From contig MHSS01000008.1 in NCBI GenBank assembly GCA_001822835.1, positions 9,039 through 73,038 of the forward strand: DNA of 64,000 nucleotides, in the 5' to 3' direction. The stretch's first letter is position 1, and each line of letters opens with the position of its first letter. The notes beneath the pieces are model-generated. The model searched no databases. It was not told where the DNA came from and saw nothing but the letters and a program-made list of their open reading frames with translations. The translations under genes were made by a program, and so were the position numbers. This document shows positions 53,982 to 62,633 of the stretch, one piece after another. Source of the stretch: Candidatus Terrybacteria bacterium RIFCSPHIGHO2_01_FULL_48_17 (lineage in GTDB: Bacteria; Patescibacteriota; Minisyncoccia; Terrybacterales; 2-01-FULL-58-14).

Positions 53982-55847
53982 ATGTTTGTCGATGTGCTTC
54001 CTGTAATCGGAATTGGTTTTGGGATCAAGGCGCTGCTTACATATCGTAGTCAAAAATCCTTACACGAGGGGGCGCTCGTTATTGTTCCATTTGGACCACG
54101 ACGTATACCCGCCTTCGTGGTTTCATTAAGAAAATCGAAACCGCCCTTTCTGAAGATACGCGATATTGAAAAAACTGTAACCTCCTCTCCATTTCTCATC
54201 AAATCCCAATGGAAAATGCTTTTGTGGCTCGCGGAAGCGACGGCTACGCCACCAGGACAGGTTGCTCGGCTTTTTGTGCCGCCTTGGGTGATGGGTGAAA
54301 CAGAACATCTCAAAAATCCTTCCCAATCCTTTAAACCACGCAAAGGACAAAGAAAAACTGTCTTTGACTTTGGAAATAATCGAAAAATGCGGAAGGCAAT
54401 CCAAAGATCGCTTCTGGCAAAAAGGCAGGTACTTGTTTTGGCACCAACCAATGCACTCGCTGAAAATTTAGCCGAATACCTAAGACATTTCCAACCGACG
54501 CTTTATTTTGGAGGTAACCGAACGAAGGAAAGGGATCTTTGGAATGATATTCGTATAGGAAAAAGCGCATTGATAATCGGAAGTCGGTCAGCGCTATTTC
54601 TCCCTTTTTCCAATCTTGATCTCCTTGCCATAACAGATGAAACAAATCCTTTGTATTTTCATGAATTTACAAGACCCAAATTCCATATTCCTACTGCAGC
54701 AAAATTTCTTGCACAAAAAGTTCATGCCACGCTTCTTTTGACCGGAACTGTACCTTCCCTTGATACGTGGCGACGATATGAAAAAGCCATATCCCTCACG
54801 CTCCCACAACGCAATATACAAATTCTGGATCTAAAGAAAAGAAAACGCCTTCAGGTATTCACAAAAGACGCCTTGATGCTGATCGACAAGACCATTAACA
54901 ATGGAGGAAAGATATTTATCTTTGCCGCGCGTCGGGGAGAGGCGTCTGTGGTTGTCTGTCGCGACTGCGGTGCGGCGCTGGTATGTCCGCGCTGCGAAGC
55001 CCCGATGCCCGTTTTCCGAAAGAATTATAAATCAGGAGAAATAGTATTAAGATGTCGGCATTGCGGCCAAGAACTGCGCATGGCATTGGCTTGTCCGGTC
55101 TGCAGAAGCTTACGCCTTACGCCACGGGGCATAGCTGCCCAAGCCATTGCCTCAGACCTTGCCCACCATTTTCCGCATGCAGCCCTCTTTGAATTAAGTA
55201 GTGATGCGACTTCGAATCAAAAGGCCCAAAAAAAGATCCTCGACGAGTTTGCAAAAACACCCAAAAGCATACTTATCGCAACGCATATGGCATTGGCTAT
55301 GAATGTACCGCAAACCGATCTTATTATTGTTGCAACAGCAGAACAATTAGTTGCAATGCAAGATTTCCGTGCCGAAGAACGTTTTTTTGAAACAATAATC
55401 CGTCTTAAGGGCATGCTGGAAAAAACAGGTACGCTCGCAATTCAGGCGTGGCGTACCCAAAATACCCTCCTGGACACCGCGGCGCGGGGCGATTGGAACC
55501 ATTTTGCGAAACAGGAATTAATATTGCGCAAATCGCTTGCGTGGCCTCCATTTCGTCGTATTGCAAAATTGACGCTTGAAAATAAAAACGCCGAAGTGGC
55601 GGAACGGCAATCCCAAAAACTTATTTTACAATTAAAAAAATCTTTATCCCTTATCCCTTATCCCATCTCCCCCGAAGTAATCGGCCCTTCCCCCGGTCTT
55701 ATTCCTCGCCCGCGCGGGAAGCATATACGTATCCTTATTGTAAAATGGAAGCCGGGAGGAGAATTTGATACATTGGTTGAGAGAAAAATAATAAAAATTA
55801 CTCCCCCAGAATGGGAGATCACTATCAATCCTTCATCAATTATATAA
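53982..55847 (+). CDS. priA: primosomal protein N' (PriA) homolog with degenerate Walker A/B but intact Cys4-Cys4 zinc module
   Basis: Motif Ia QVLVLAPTNALAENL and motif V/VI regions align with PriA. Zn module CRDCGAALVCPRCEAPM...CRHCG...CPVCRS. Position of GxGKT reads FGNNRKMRK; position of DEEH reads DETN. Confidence 0.8.
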   Translation: MFVDVLPVIGIGFGIKALLTYRSQKSLHEGALVIVPFGPRRIPAFVVSLRKSKPPFLKIRDIEKTVTSSPFLIKSQWKMLLWLAEATATPPGQVARLFVPPWVMGETEHLKNPSQSFKPRKGQRKTVFDFGNNRKMRKAIQRSLLAKRQVLVLAPTNALAENLAEYLRHFQPTLYFGGNRTKERDLWNDIRIGKSALIIGSRSALFLPFSNLDLLAITDETNPLYFHEFTRPKFHIPTAAKFLAQKVHATLLLTGTVPSLDTWRRYEKAISLTLPQRNIQILDLKKRKRLQVFTKDALMLIDKTINNGGKIFIFAARRGEASVVVCRDCGAALVCPRCEAPMPVFRKNYKSGEIVLRCRHCGQELRMALACPVCRSLRLTPRGIAAQAIASDLAHHFPHAALFELSSDATSNQKAQKKILDEFAKTPKSILIATHMALAMNVPQTDLIIVATAEQLVAMQDFRAEERFFETIIRLKGMLEKTGTLAIQAWRTQNTLLDTAARGDWNHFAKQELILRKSLAWPPFRRIAKLTLENKNAEVAERQSQKLILQLKKSLSLIPYPISPEVIGPSPGLIPRPRGKHIRILIVKWKPGGEFDTLVERKIIKITPPEWEITINPSSII

Positions 55848-55853
55848 TATCTT

Positions 55854-56420
55854 ATGGCACAAACTGATATCGTACCCTATACAAACCGCCGTATTCGACG
55901 GAAAGGCGAAGCGCTTCCAAAATCCACAGATGTTGCCGTGCTTGTTGAACAAATGAGAAAAGCCATGAAAATACATGATGGTATTGGTATTGCGGCACCG
56001 CAAATTGGCGAGGCGGTACGAGTTTTTATAATAGAAAAAAAGCTTTTCCCCGGCGCCGATCTCCCATCAGACGTGTTTATCAACCCCAAAATACTAAGAA
56101 AGGGATTTAAACGAGAGATCTCGGAAGAAGGATGTCTTTCGGTGCCCAACGTATTCGGACAGGTTTCGCGAAGCCTAAAAATTACCATTGAGGCCTTCGA
56201 TCAAAATTGGAAAAGGTTTCGTCTATCCACGCAAGAACTTCTTGCGCGAGTCCTGCAACACGAACTTGACCATCTTGATGGAACGCTTTTTATTGATAAA
56301 GCAGACGCCGATACGCTACATGAGGTGGTATATGACAAAGAAGGAAAACCGACATTGCGTCCTTGGACGCAAAAATCCAAAATCCAAAATCCAAATGATA
56401 AAACAAATTCTAATTTCTAA
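55854..56420 (+). CDS. def: peptide deformylase
   Basis: GIGIAAPQIG, EGCLSVP, HELDHLDG motifs. The C-terminal tail KSKIQNPND is encoded by an AAAATCC x3 repeat. Confidence 0.9.
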   Translation: MAQTDIVPYTNRRIRRKGEALPKSTDVAVLVEQMRKAMKIHDGIGIAAPQIGEAVRVFIIEKKLFPGADLPSDVFINPKILRKGFKREISEEGCLSVPNVFGQVSRSLKITIEAFDQNWKRFRLSTQELLARVLQHELDHLDGTLFIDKADADTLHEVVYDKEGKPTLRPWTQKSKIQNPNDKTNSNF

Positions 56421-56474
56421 AACGGACGGGTGTTAATAAATTTTTGATTTTGATATTGTTTTGGATTTTGAGCT

Positions 56475-57413
56475 TTGAAATTTGAATCTATGACAAACAT
56501 TGTTTTTTTCGGCACTCCGCATTTTGTCATTCCCGTTCTTGAAACGCTGGTTTCCCTTCCCTATCGTTTGGCGGCTGTAGTAACGGTTCCTGATAAACCG
56601 CAAGGCAGAAAACAAGGCCTTGTTCCGCCGCCGGTAAAAGAGTGGGCACAAAACCATACCATTATTGCGTTTCAACCAGAAAAGCTCGATGGCATATTCG
56701 TCGCTACATTACAAAAACTCAACCCGACCATTGGCATAATTGCTGCATATGGATGCATAATTCCCAAGTCCGTGCTTGATGTTTTTCCAAAGGGCGTGCT
56801 CAACATTCATCCCTCACTGCTTCCCCGCTGGCGTGGACCCTCTCCTGTTCAAACGGCGATTGCTGCCGGCGATACTACGACGGGTGTATCCATTATGCTG
56901 ACAGATGAGTATATGGATCATGGGCCAGTACTTATACAGCAGGAAACCGCTCTTAACGGAACAGAAACCGGGAGCGAGCTTACGGAAAAGCTTTTTCGAT
57001 CAGGCGCAGAACTTTTAAAACAAACGCTGCCCCGTTGGCTTGACGGCAAGATAGTTCCGCGCGAACAAGATCATGCGCAGATGACTTCTACAAAAATACT
57101 TAAACGAGAGAATGGACGTCTTGATTTTTCAAAATCCGCAGAAGAACTTAGGCGGCTCGTACGTGCCTATACGCCCTGGCCCGGCACCTTTTTTGAGCTG
57201 CCAAAAATAGGACGAATAAAAGTCCTCACTGCATGGTTAAAAAAAGAAAAACCCGACAAGCCGCCGGGAACATTCATTAAAACAGACGATGGATTTGCGA
57301 TTGTATGCAAAGAAGAGATGCTATTTCCATCCGTGATACAACAGGAGGGTCGCAAACCCATCTCTGCAAATGTTTTTGCAAAAGGGCATCCGGATTTGTT
57401 TATTGAAGGATAA
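56475..57413 (+). CDS. fmt: methionyl-tRNA formyltransferase
   Basis: IVFFGTPHFVIPVLETL, NIHPSLLPRWRGPSPVQTAI (SLLP motif), C-terminal domain. Confidence 0.9.
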   Translation: MKFESMTNIVFFGTPHFVIPVLETLVSLPYRLAAVVTVPDKPQGRKQGLVPPPVKEWAQNHTIIAFQPEKLDGIFVATLQKLNPTIGIIAAYGCIIPKSVLDVFPKGVLNIHPSLLPRWRGPSPVQTAIAAGDTTTGVSIMLTDEYMDHGPVLIQQETALNGTETGSELTEKLFRSGAELLKQTLPRWLDGKIVPREQDHAQMTSTKILKRENGRLDFSKSAEELRRLVRAYTPWPGTFFELPKIGRIKVLTAWLKKEKPDKPPGTFIKTDDGFAIVCKEEMLFPSVIQQEGRKPISANVFAKGHPDLFIEG

Positions 57414-57831
57414 AACCGTCCACCGAGAACGCACCGCCACCCAAAAATACAAGGGCGATGGAGGCCGCAAAAATCACAAGATCAAACTCATATCCCCCCA
57501 CAAGCCCTTGTCGTAATTTTATGGCAAGGGTTGTTCCTATCATTTCAAGAGCAAAAAGTGCTGCAACAAGCGAAGTAAGATATCCAACGAAAAGAAAGAT
57601 GCCTCCCAATACTTCAAGGGTTCCTACAAATACTGCGATCAATATCGGGGCAGGAATACGTAAGGACCTTAAAAATTCTGCGGTCTGCTGCGGCCCCTCA
57701 CCAACCAACTTTGGAAAACCATGCACCACAAAGATAATTCCTAAAACTAACCGCAAAGCCAAGCTTGCAAGCGTCGCCGATTCTGCGGTAATTGGCCCAA
57801 AAATGGTGGGGTCGAGGAGAAGTTGGGGCAC
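57400..57831 (-). CDS. DoxX-family membrane protein
   Basis: RLVLGIIFVVHGFPKL, four TM helices, 143 aa. GTG start; convergent 14-nt overlap with fmt. Confidence 0.7.
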   Translation of the reverse strand: MPQLLLDPTIFGPITAESATLASLALRLVLGIIFVVHGFPKLVGEGPQQTAEFLRSLRIPAPILIAVFVGTLEVLGGIFLFVGYLTSLVAALFALEMIGTTLAIKLRQGLVGGYEFDLVIFAASIALVFLGGGAFSVDGFILQ

Positions 57832-57904
57832 AGGGTTAAAATATCTAATTAGCTTAATTGATCTAATTGATCTAACATGGATTTCGGAAATTGATAAATT
57901 AGGA

Positions 57905-57940
57905 TTTCTTTAGAGTAATTAGAAATTAGGTCAATTCTCG
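57905..57940 (-). repeat. copy 1 of a conserved 30-nt AT-rich motif TTAGAGTAATTAGA-N-ATTAGGT-N-AATTC overlapping the MBL-hydrolase stop codon
   Basis: 28/30 identical to the copy at 63110-63145. Lies in the 94-nt CTAATT-rich spacer between MBL and DoxX. Confidence 0.75.
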
Positions 57941-58561
57941 AAATGGAATTTGCGGAACGGGGATTTCGACAGGAACGGAAGAGAGCTGTTTGAAAATTTC
58001 GGCGTCAGAAGGCTTCCCTACTACAAAACCATAATGCATGGGGATTGCGCGCTGCGCTTGTATTTTTTGGGCCGCTTCTGCGGCTTCTTTTGCATCCATG
58101 GTGTAGGTGCCGCCGATAGGCAAAAGCGCGGTTTGAGGCGCTAAATCTTCCATTTCAGGAATCAAGTCCGTATCCCCTGCATGATACCATTTCTGGCCAT
58201 CAATTTCGATAACATAACCCACCCAATTGTTCTTTTTTGGATGGAAGGATTTATCAATATTATATGCAGGCACCGCCTTAATCCCCGAGCCCATAACTTC
58301 TTGCTCCTCTCCTGGTGCAATGGCGAGCGCCCCTTCTCCCAATTCTTCCGCAACGTCTGCTGGCGCAACAATAATCGTTTTATCGGTCCGCAGTCGGTTA
58401 ATCGTTGCCGTATCAAAATGGTCGTAGTGCGCATGGGTAATTAAAATCGCATCTGCTTTCGGCTCTCCATCCGGTACCTCCCATGGATCAATATAAAGAA
58501 GCTTGCCTCCTGGAAGATCAAAACGGAAACTGGATTGTTTGTACCAGAGAACTTCGTTCAT
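57926..58561 (-). CDS. MBL-fold metallo-hydrolase
   Basis: THAHYDHFD metal-binding motif plus downstream His/Asp ligands; 211 aa. Confidence 0.8.
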   Translation of the reverse strand: MNEVLWYKQSSFRFDLPGGKLLYIDPWEVPDGEPKADAILITHAHYDHFDTATINRLRTDKTIIVAPADVAEELGEGALAIAPGEEQEVMGSGIKAVPAYNIDKSFHPKKNNWVGYVIEIDGQKWYHAGDTDLIPEMEDLAPQTALLPIGGTYTMDAKEAAEAAQKIQAQRAIPMHYGFVVGKPSDAEIFKQLSSVPVEIPVPQIPFRELT

Positions 58562-58568
58562 ATGCTAA

Positions 58569-59711
58569 TCATTTATATGATACCAAATTCGACACCCTTA
58601 ATCCAAGCAGACGAATTTTCTTATGCTGCGGGTTTTCGCGGCGATCAAGAAACGGCAAAAGAAGCGCCATGCCGACCCGTTCAAGCACTGCTGTGCTCTT
58701 CTCTGCTTGTGGTAATGTCTTTGCGCGCGTTTTCGTGATAAATCCTTCGGACCGTATTTTTAACTCAATGGTTCTAAATGATATGTTTTCTTCTTTTGTA
58801 TCCCTTGCAACCATTGCCGCCAGTTTTTTTATTGTTGCAATTAACTCTTGCGCATCAAAAGTATCCTCATCAAACGTATGCTCGCGGCCTATAGATTTTG
58901 TTTCGTGAAATTCCCTTACAGGCCGATTATCCTTGCCGCGCGCTGCAGTATATATGCCTTCTCCCCATTTCCCAAACCATGCGATAAGATTGTCACGCGA
59001 GATTTTTCGAAGCGCCGCAACCGTACGAATTCCTCTTTTCTCAAACAGTAAATTTGCTTTAGGACCAATGCCGGGAATTTTCAAAACCGGCATAGGATCC
59101 AAAAATTCTTGTACTTTTTCCGGTGGCACCACAGTCAAGCCGTCTGGTTTTTTGAAGTCCGAAGCAATTTTTGCCACCAATTTATTTGGCCCGATCCCAA
59201 TGGAACAAATCAGCTTAGTTTGTTGCTTTATTTGCCGCTTGATTTCTTTTGCAACTTGCGTTGCTTTCTTCCGCCATTTGGTCATTGGGGTTTGGTCATT
59301 GGGATTTAACTCAATATATGCCTCATCTATCCCTGCCTGCTCAAAATTCTCACTGTATGTACGGATAATTGCCATCACTTTCGTTGATTCGCGCCCATAT
59401 TTCTCAAAGTTCCCTTCAAAAAATATGCACGGCTTGCCGCCTTTCGCTTCCCCTTCCTTACATAATTGCCACGCCTTTGAAATTGGCTGCGCTGAATGAA
59501 CCCCGTATTTACGCGCTGCATAGTTTGCGGTTGAAACCACTCCTCGCCCCGTAGGGCGAAGCTCGCCCCGCGGGGCGGCCCTTACTGCTTTCGGATCGGC
59601 ACCCACCACAACAGGAAAACCCCGAAACGCTGGGTGGTCCCGTTCCTCAACCGCAGCAAAAAATGCATCCAAATCGATATGCAGAACAACACGATCGCTT
59701 GCTTTTTCCAT
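58569..59711 (-). CDS. dinB: DNA polymerase IV (Y-family)
   Basis: HIDLDAFFAAVEERDHP, SIGIGPNKLVAKIASD, little-finger domain. In-frame 14-mer x2 insertion at 59277-59304. Confidence 0.9.
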   Translation of the reverse strand: MEKASDRVVLHIDLDAFFAAVEERDHPAFRGFPVVVGADPKAVRAAPRGELRPTGRGVVSTANYAARKYGVHSAQPISKAWQLCKEGEAKGGKPCIFFEGNFEKYGRESTKVMAIIRTYSENFEQAGIDEAYIELNPNDQTPMTKWRKKATQVAKEIKRQIKQQTKLICSIGIGPNKLVAKIASDFKKPDGLTVVPPEKVQEFLDPMPVLKIPGIGPKANLLFEKRGIRTVAALRKISRDNLIAWFGKWGEGIYTAARGKDNRPVREFHETKSIGREHTFDEDTFDAQELIATIKKLAAMVARDTKEENISFRTIELKIRSEGFITKTRAKTLPQAEKSTAVLERVGMALLLPFLDRRENPQHKKIRLLGLRVSNLVSYK

Positions 59712-59758
59712 AGGGCACCGATATTATAACAAATACACCCAAAAGAAAGGCGGGTGCT

Positions 59759-60268
59759 TTGTCAAACGAAAAACCAATTTCGGATCTTATTCCCTGCGAA
59801 TGTTTCAATGGCCTTGCAAACCAAGAGGTTGATTTCATTTGCGAATTCGGGCCGTGGGTATTGATGCTGAATCACCAGCAAAACTTTCTTGGGAGAACGT
59901 TGGCGATACTAAAACGTCATGCAGTAGATTTTGGGGAAATTACTCCCCACGAGCTTATACCATTGCTTTCAGCATACCGCCATTGGAAAGCAGCGATAGA
60001 TAAGGCATTCAAGCCAGATAAATATAATCTTGCACTGTTAGGGAACGAGGAATATTTACACGGCGGGCATGTACATTTCCATTTTGTGCCGCGCTATCGT
60101 AGGCCCGTCACGTTTGCCAGCGAATCCTTCCAGCATGATACGCCCGAAACCACTACCCAAAACTACTCACGCGTCGACCGAAAACAGATTTATCCCATAA
60201 AAATCAGAAGAAAAATTAAACACAAAATCCTGCGGTCTTGGCCAAAACATCTTGCAATAAAGAAATAA
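59759..60268 (+). CDS. HIT-family (histidine triad) hydrolase
   Basis: Histidine triad GGHVHFHFVPRY; 169 aa. Confidence 0.75.
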   Translation: MSNEKPISDLIPCECFNGLANQEVDFICEFGPWVLMLNHQQNFLGRTLAILKRHAVDFGEITPHELIPLLSAYRHWKAAIDKAFKPDKYNLALLGNEEYLHGGHVHFHFVPRYRRPVTFASESFQHDTPETTTQNYSRVDRKQIYPIKIRRKIKHKILRSWPKHLAIKK

Positions 60269-60292
60269 TCCGCCCATTCGGCGGATTTTTTA
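60268..60292. terminator. bidirectional rho-independent terminator ATCCGCC-cattc-GGCGGAT + T6 between convergent HIT and nth
   Basis: Canonical GC stem and T-run directly at the HIT stop. Confidence 0.75.
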
Positions 60293-60316
60293 TTCCCTAC
60301 TTTCTATTCCCTACTT
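60291..60316. repeat. tandem 12-mer TATTCCCTACTT x2 (period 14) containing TATTCCC, the reverse complement of the GGGAATA unit
   Basis: tattccctactt-tc-tattccctactt; the second copy overlaps the nth stop codon. Confidence 0.75.
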
Positions 60317-60940
60317 TATTGGACATTTCGAATGATCGTGGGGCCGCGCAGGACAATATTGCCTTCCATATTCAATGAGGCAATACGTAAAATCAAACCA
60401 TTCTTTTTTTGGTAAAAGCCGCATAAGATCCCGCTCGATCTTTACTGGATCGTCATTGTTTGTGAAACCAAGTTTTTTTGAAAGTCGGCGGACGTGTGTA
60501 TCAACGGCAATGCCCTCAACCACGCCATAAGCATTACCCAACACAACGTTTGCGGTTTTGCGCGCAACGCCCGGTAATTTTAAAATATCTTCCATAGTAC
60601 GCGGTACTTTCCCGCTAAAATCTTTCTTAATCATTTTTGCAGCCGTAATTATATTACGCGCCTTTGCGCGGTAAAAACCGGTTGACCTTATTTCCTGTTC
60701 AAATTTTTTAGGATTGGCGCGAGCAAAATCATCGACTGTTTTATATTTTTTAAATAGCTTTTCCGTTACTTCATTCACTTTTTTATCTGTGCACTGCGCC
60801 GAAAGGATAACCGCAACCAAAAGTTGAATGTTATTACCGCAACGAAGGGAGATTTTTGCTTTGGGAAAGAGTTTTTTGAGCTTTCGGACAACCTCAAGTA
60901 CTTTTGTCTTGCGTTTTTCATCAATTTTTCTTAGCGTCAT
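60311..60940 (-). CDS. nth: endonuclease III (HhH-GPD base-excision glycosylase)
   Basis: ELVAVILSAQCTDKKVN, HhH LPGVARKTANVVLG, catalytic Lys/Asp context, C-terminal Cys cluster. Confidence 0.85.
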   Translation of the reverse strand: MTLRKIDEKRKTKVLEVVRKLKKLFPKAKISLRCGNNIQLLVAVILSAQCTDKKVNEVTEKLFKKYKTVDDFARANPKKFEQEIRSTGFYRAKARNIITAAKMIKKDFSGKVPRTMEDILKLPGVARKTANVVLGNAYGVVEGIAVDTHVRRLSKKLGFTNNDDPVKIERDLMRLLPKKEWFDFTYCLIEYGRQYCPARPHDHSKCPIK

Positions 60941-60944
60941 ACGC

Positions 60945-61325
60945 CTAATAAACCCTAATTACGTTCCCCCCAAGATCAAGCTCTACAAAATGGCGCGCCC
61001 TGCCCTCGCGAAAAGCCGAACATTGGTTTTGCGGGTCATCATCAACGGCTTGCCTAGGTGAATGCGCAATGTCAATAATCCAGTCCGAGAAACGTTCCGC
61101 ATTGTCCAGGCAGGGTCCTTGCGAAAAATCGGTTCCTGTCGTTTGTTTTTGGGAAAAAAGCTCCTTTGCATATGCTGCTACCTGCTCATTTATCGTTGGT
61201 GTAGATTCTGTGCCTCCGGGAGACCGCCTTAAAAGCCATAATCCGGCACCCAAAGCGAACCCAACCAAAAGAATTGCGGTTAAAAGACACGGAAAACACA
61301 CCTTTCTATTATTTTTGACTAACAT
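60945..61325 (-). CDS. hypothetical signal-anchored protein (126 aa)
   Basis: N-terminal TM then a soluble domain with two Cys; no motif. Confidence 0.45.
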   Translation of the reverse strand: MLVKNNRKVCFPCLLTAILLVGFALGAGLWLLRRSPGGTESTPTINEQVAAYAKELFSQKQTTGTDFSQGPCLDNAERFSDWIIDIAHSPRQAVDDDPQNQCSAFREGRARHFVELDLGGNVIRVY

Positions 61326-61541
61326 AGAAATTATTTTTAGGGAAAAACGCTAGAATTTGAAACATACAACCCAATATGATCAATGCCTCTTTTTGACGAA
61401 ACTCTTATTTTATTATCTTTTACACTATTTCCACGAGTTATCCACAGCTGATTAAATTTTATTAAATTATCTGCCTAAAAACTCTTATCCAATAAAGGGT
61501 TTTGGACGCCGATCAGCTTTTTCACTATATTAAAGCCCTTG

Positions 61542-62015
61542 CTATACAAGGGCCCTTCGAGGCGGAAGTTCTCCCACCACCTCAATTTTTTTGACTTTAT
61601 TGTCTTCATCGATTCGCGCAATTGCCAAAATAATTTTAAGGTAAGCAAATCGCGAATCTTCCTGCAGCATAACACCTGCACGTGCAAGGTTTGCACGATG
61701 CGCCTGTTCTTCTTTTATAGGATCCCCCATGCCGTACGCCCCGCATTTGTTGTCATGGTCCACCAATACCAAAGCATTGATGTGATGCAATTTCTGGGAG
61801 GTCTCAATATGCCACAACAGAGATTCACGAAGGGCAGGAATTTGCGGCTCAACCAGGGCCTTTGAAACGCCGGCAGCCACCAAAACATCACATTCAACAA
61901 TACCAAGCACGTCTTGAACTAAGCTAATGGCCTGTGGGGCATCTTTTTGGTACAACCGCCAATCCATGCAAAACACTACAGCGGCAGCTATGACATGTGG
62001 TTTTTCGTTAGTCAT
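61542..62015 (-). CDS. hypothetical protein with beta-carbonic-anhydrase-like metal motif spacing (C-x-D-x-R ... H-x-x-x-C-G)
   Basis: CMDWRL and VLVDHDNKCGAYG; weak resemblance only; 157 aa from internal ATG. Confidence 0.45.
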   Translation of the reverse strand: MTNEKPHVIAAAVVFCMDWRLYQKDAPQAISLVQDVLGIVECDVLVAAGVSKALVEPQIPALRESLLWHIETSQKLHHINALVLVDHDNKCGAYGMGDPIKEEQAHRANLARAGVMLQEDSRFAYLKIILAIARIDEDNKVKKIEVVGELPPRRALV

Positions 62016-62088
62016 ATATAACCCTCTTTTCAATTATCCTTCTTTTTGATACATTAAGGATAGTAATTTGTAAAGCGAGAGGATAACA

Positions 62089-62595
62089 ATGGAACGGCTT
62101 GCGGGAAAACCAGTTTCCGATTCGGCATTTGAACACCGGGAACGAGTGTTCCCACATCATTTGAATCCTGGCAATATCCTATATGGCGGCTGGATACCTT
62201 TTTGGGCAGACAGCGTTGCGGCACTCTGCGCCGAGCGACATTGCGGTATACCTATTGTGACTGCCGTAATGGATGGCATTCACCTTTTATGTCCGGTTAC
62301 CAAAAACGATGTGTTGCTCTTTAAGGCATCAGTAAACAGAGTATGGGATAGTTCCTGCGAGGTTGGGGTAAAAATATATGCGGAAAATCCTTATACGCGC
62401 CACCTTCGACACGTCGCAACAGGATATTTTGTTATGGTAAGCATGGCGCTTGGCCCTGACGGAAAACGGATATCTATGCCCAAAGTAATTCCAGAAACAG
62501 AAGACGAAAAACGCCGCTTCAAACAAGCAGCTGTGCGCAATAGAAGGCGAAAAGCGGAACGCAAAAAAATGTTAAAAGAAAATCAAACGGCCTAA
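62089..62595 (+). CDS. hotdog-fold acyl-CoA thioesterase (YciA/BFIT-like)
   Basis: HHLNPGNILYGGWIPFWADSVAALCA...TAVMDGIHLLCPV signature; basic C-terminal tail. Confidence 0.7.
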   Translation: MERLAGKPVSDSAFEHRERVFPHHLNPGNILYGGWIPFWADSVAALCAERHCGIPIVTAVMDGIHLLCPVTKNDVLLFKASVNRVWDSSCEVGVKIYAENPYTRHLRHVATGYFVMVSMALGPDGKRISMPKVIPETEDEKRRFKQAAVRNRRRKAERKKMLKENQTA

Positions 62596-62633
62596 CGACC
62601 GTTTGCCCCGCACAGTATTGTCCGGGGTTTTTC

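Noticed and set aside
474-60316. Possibility that the short G-rich tandem repeats or the TCCCGAGC repeats are CRISPR arrays
   Set aside because: Units are 7-22 nt with no unique spacers of 25-40 nt, no leader, and no cas genes anywhere in the window. Arrays inside CDSs keep the reading frame.
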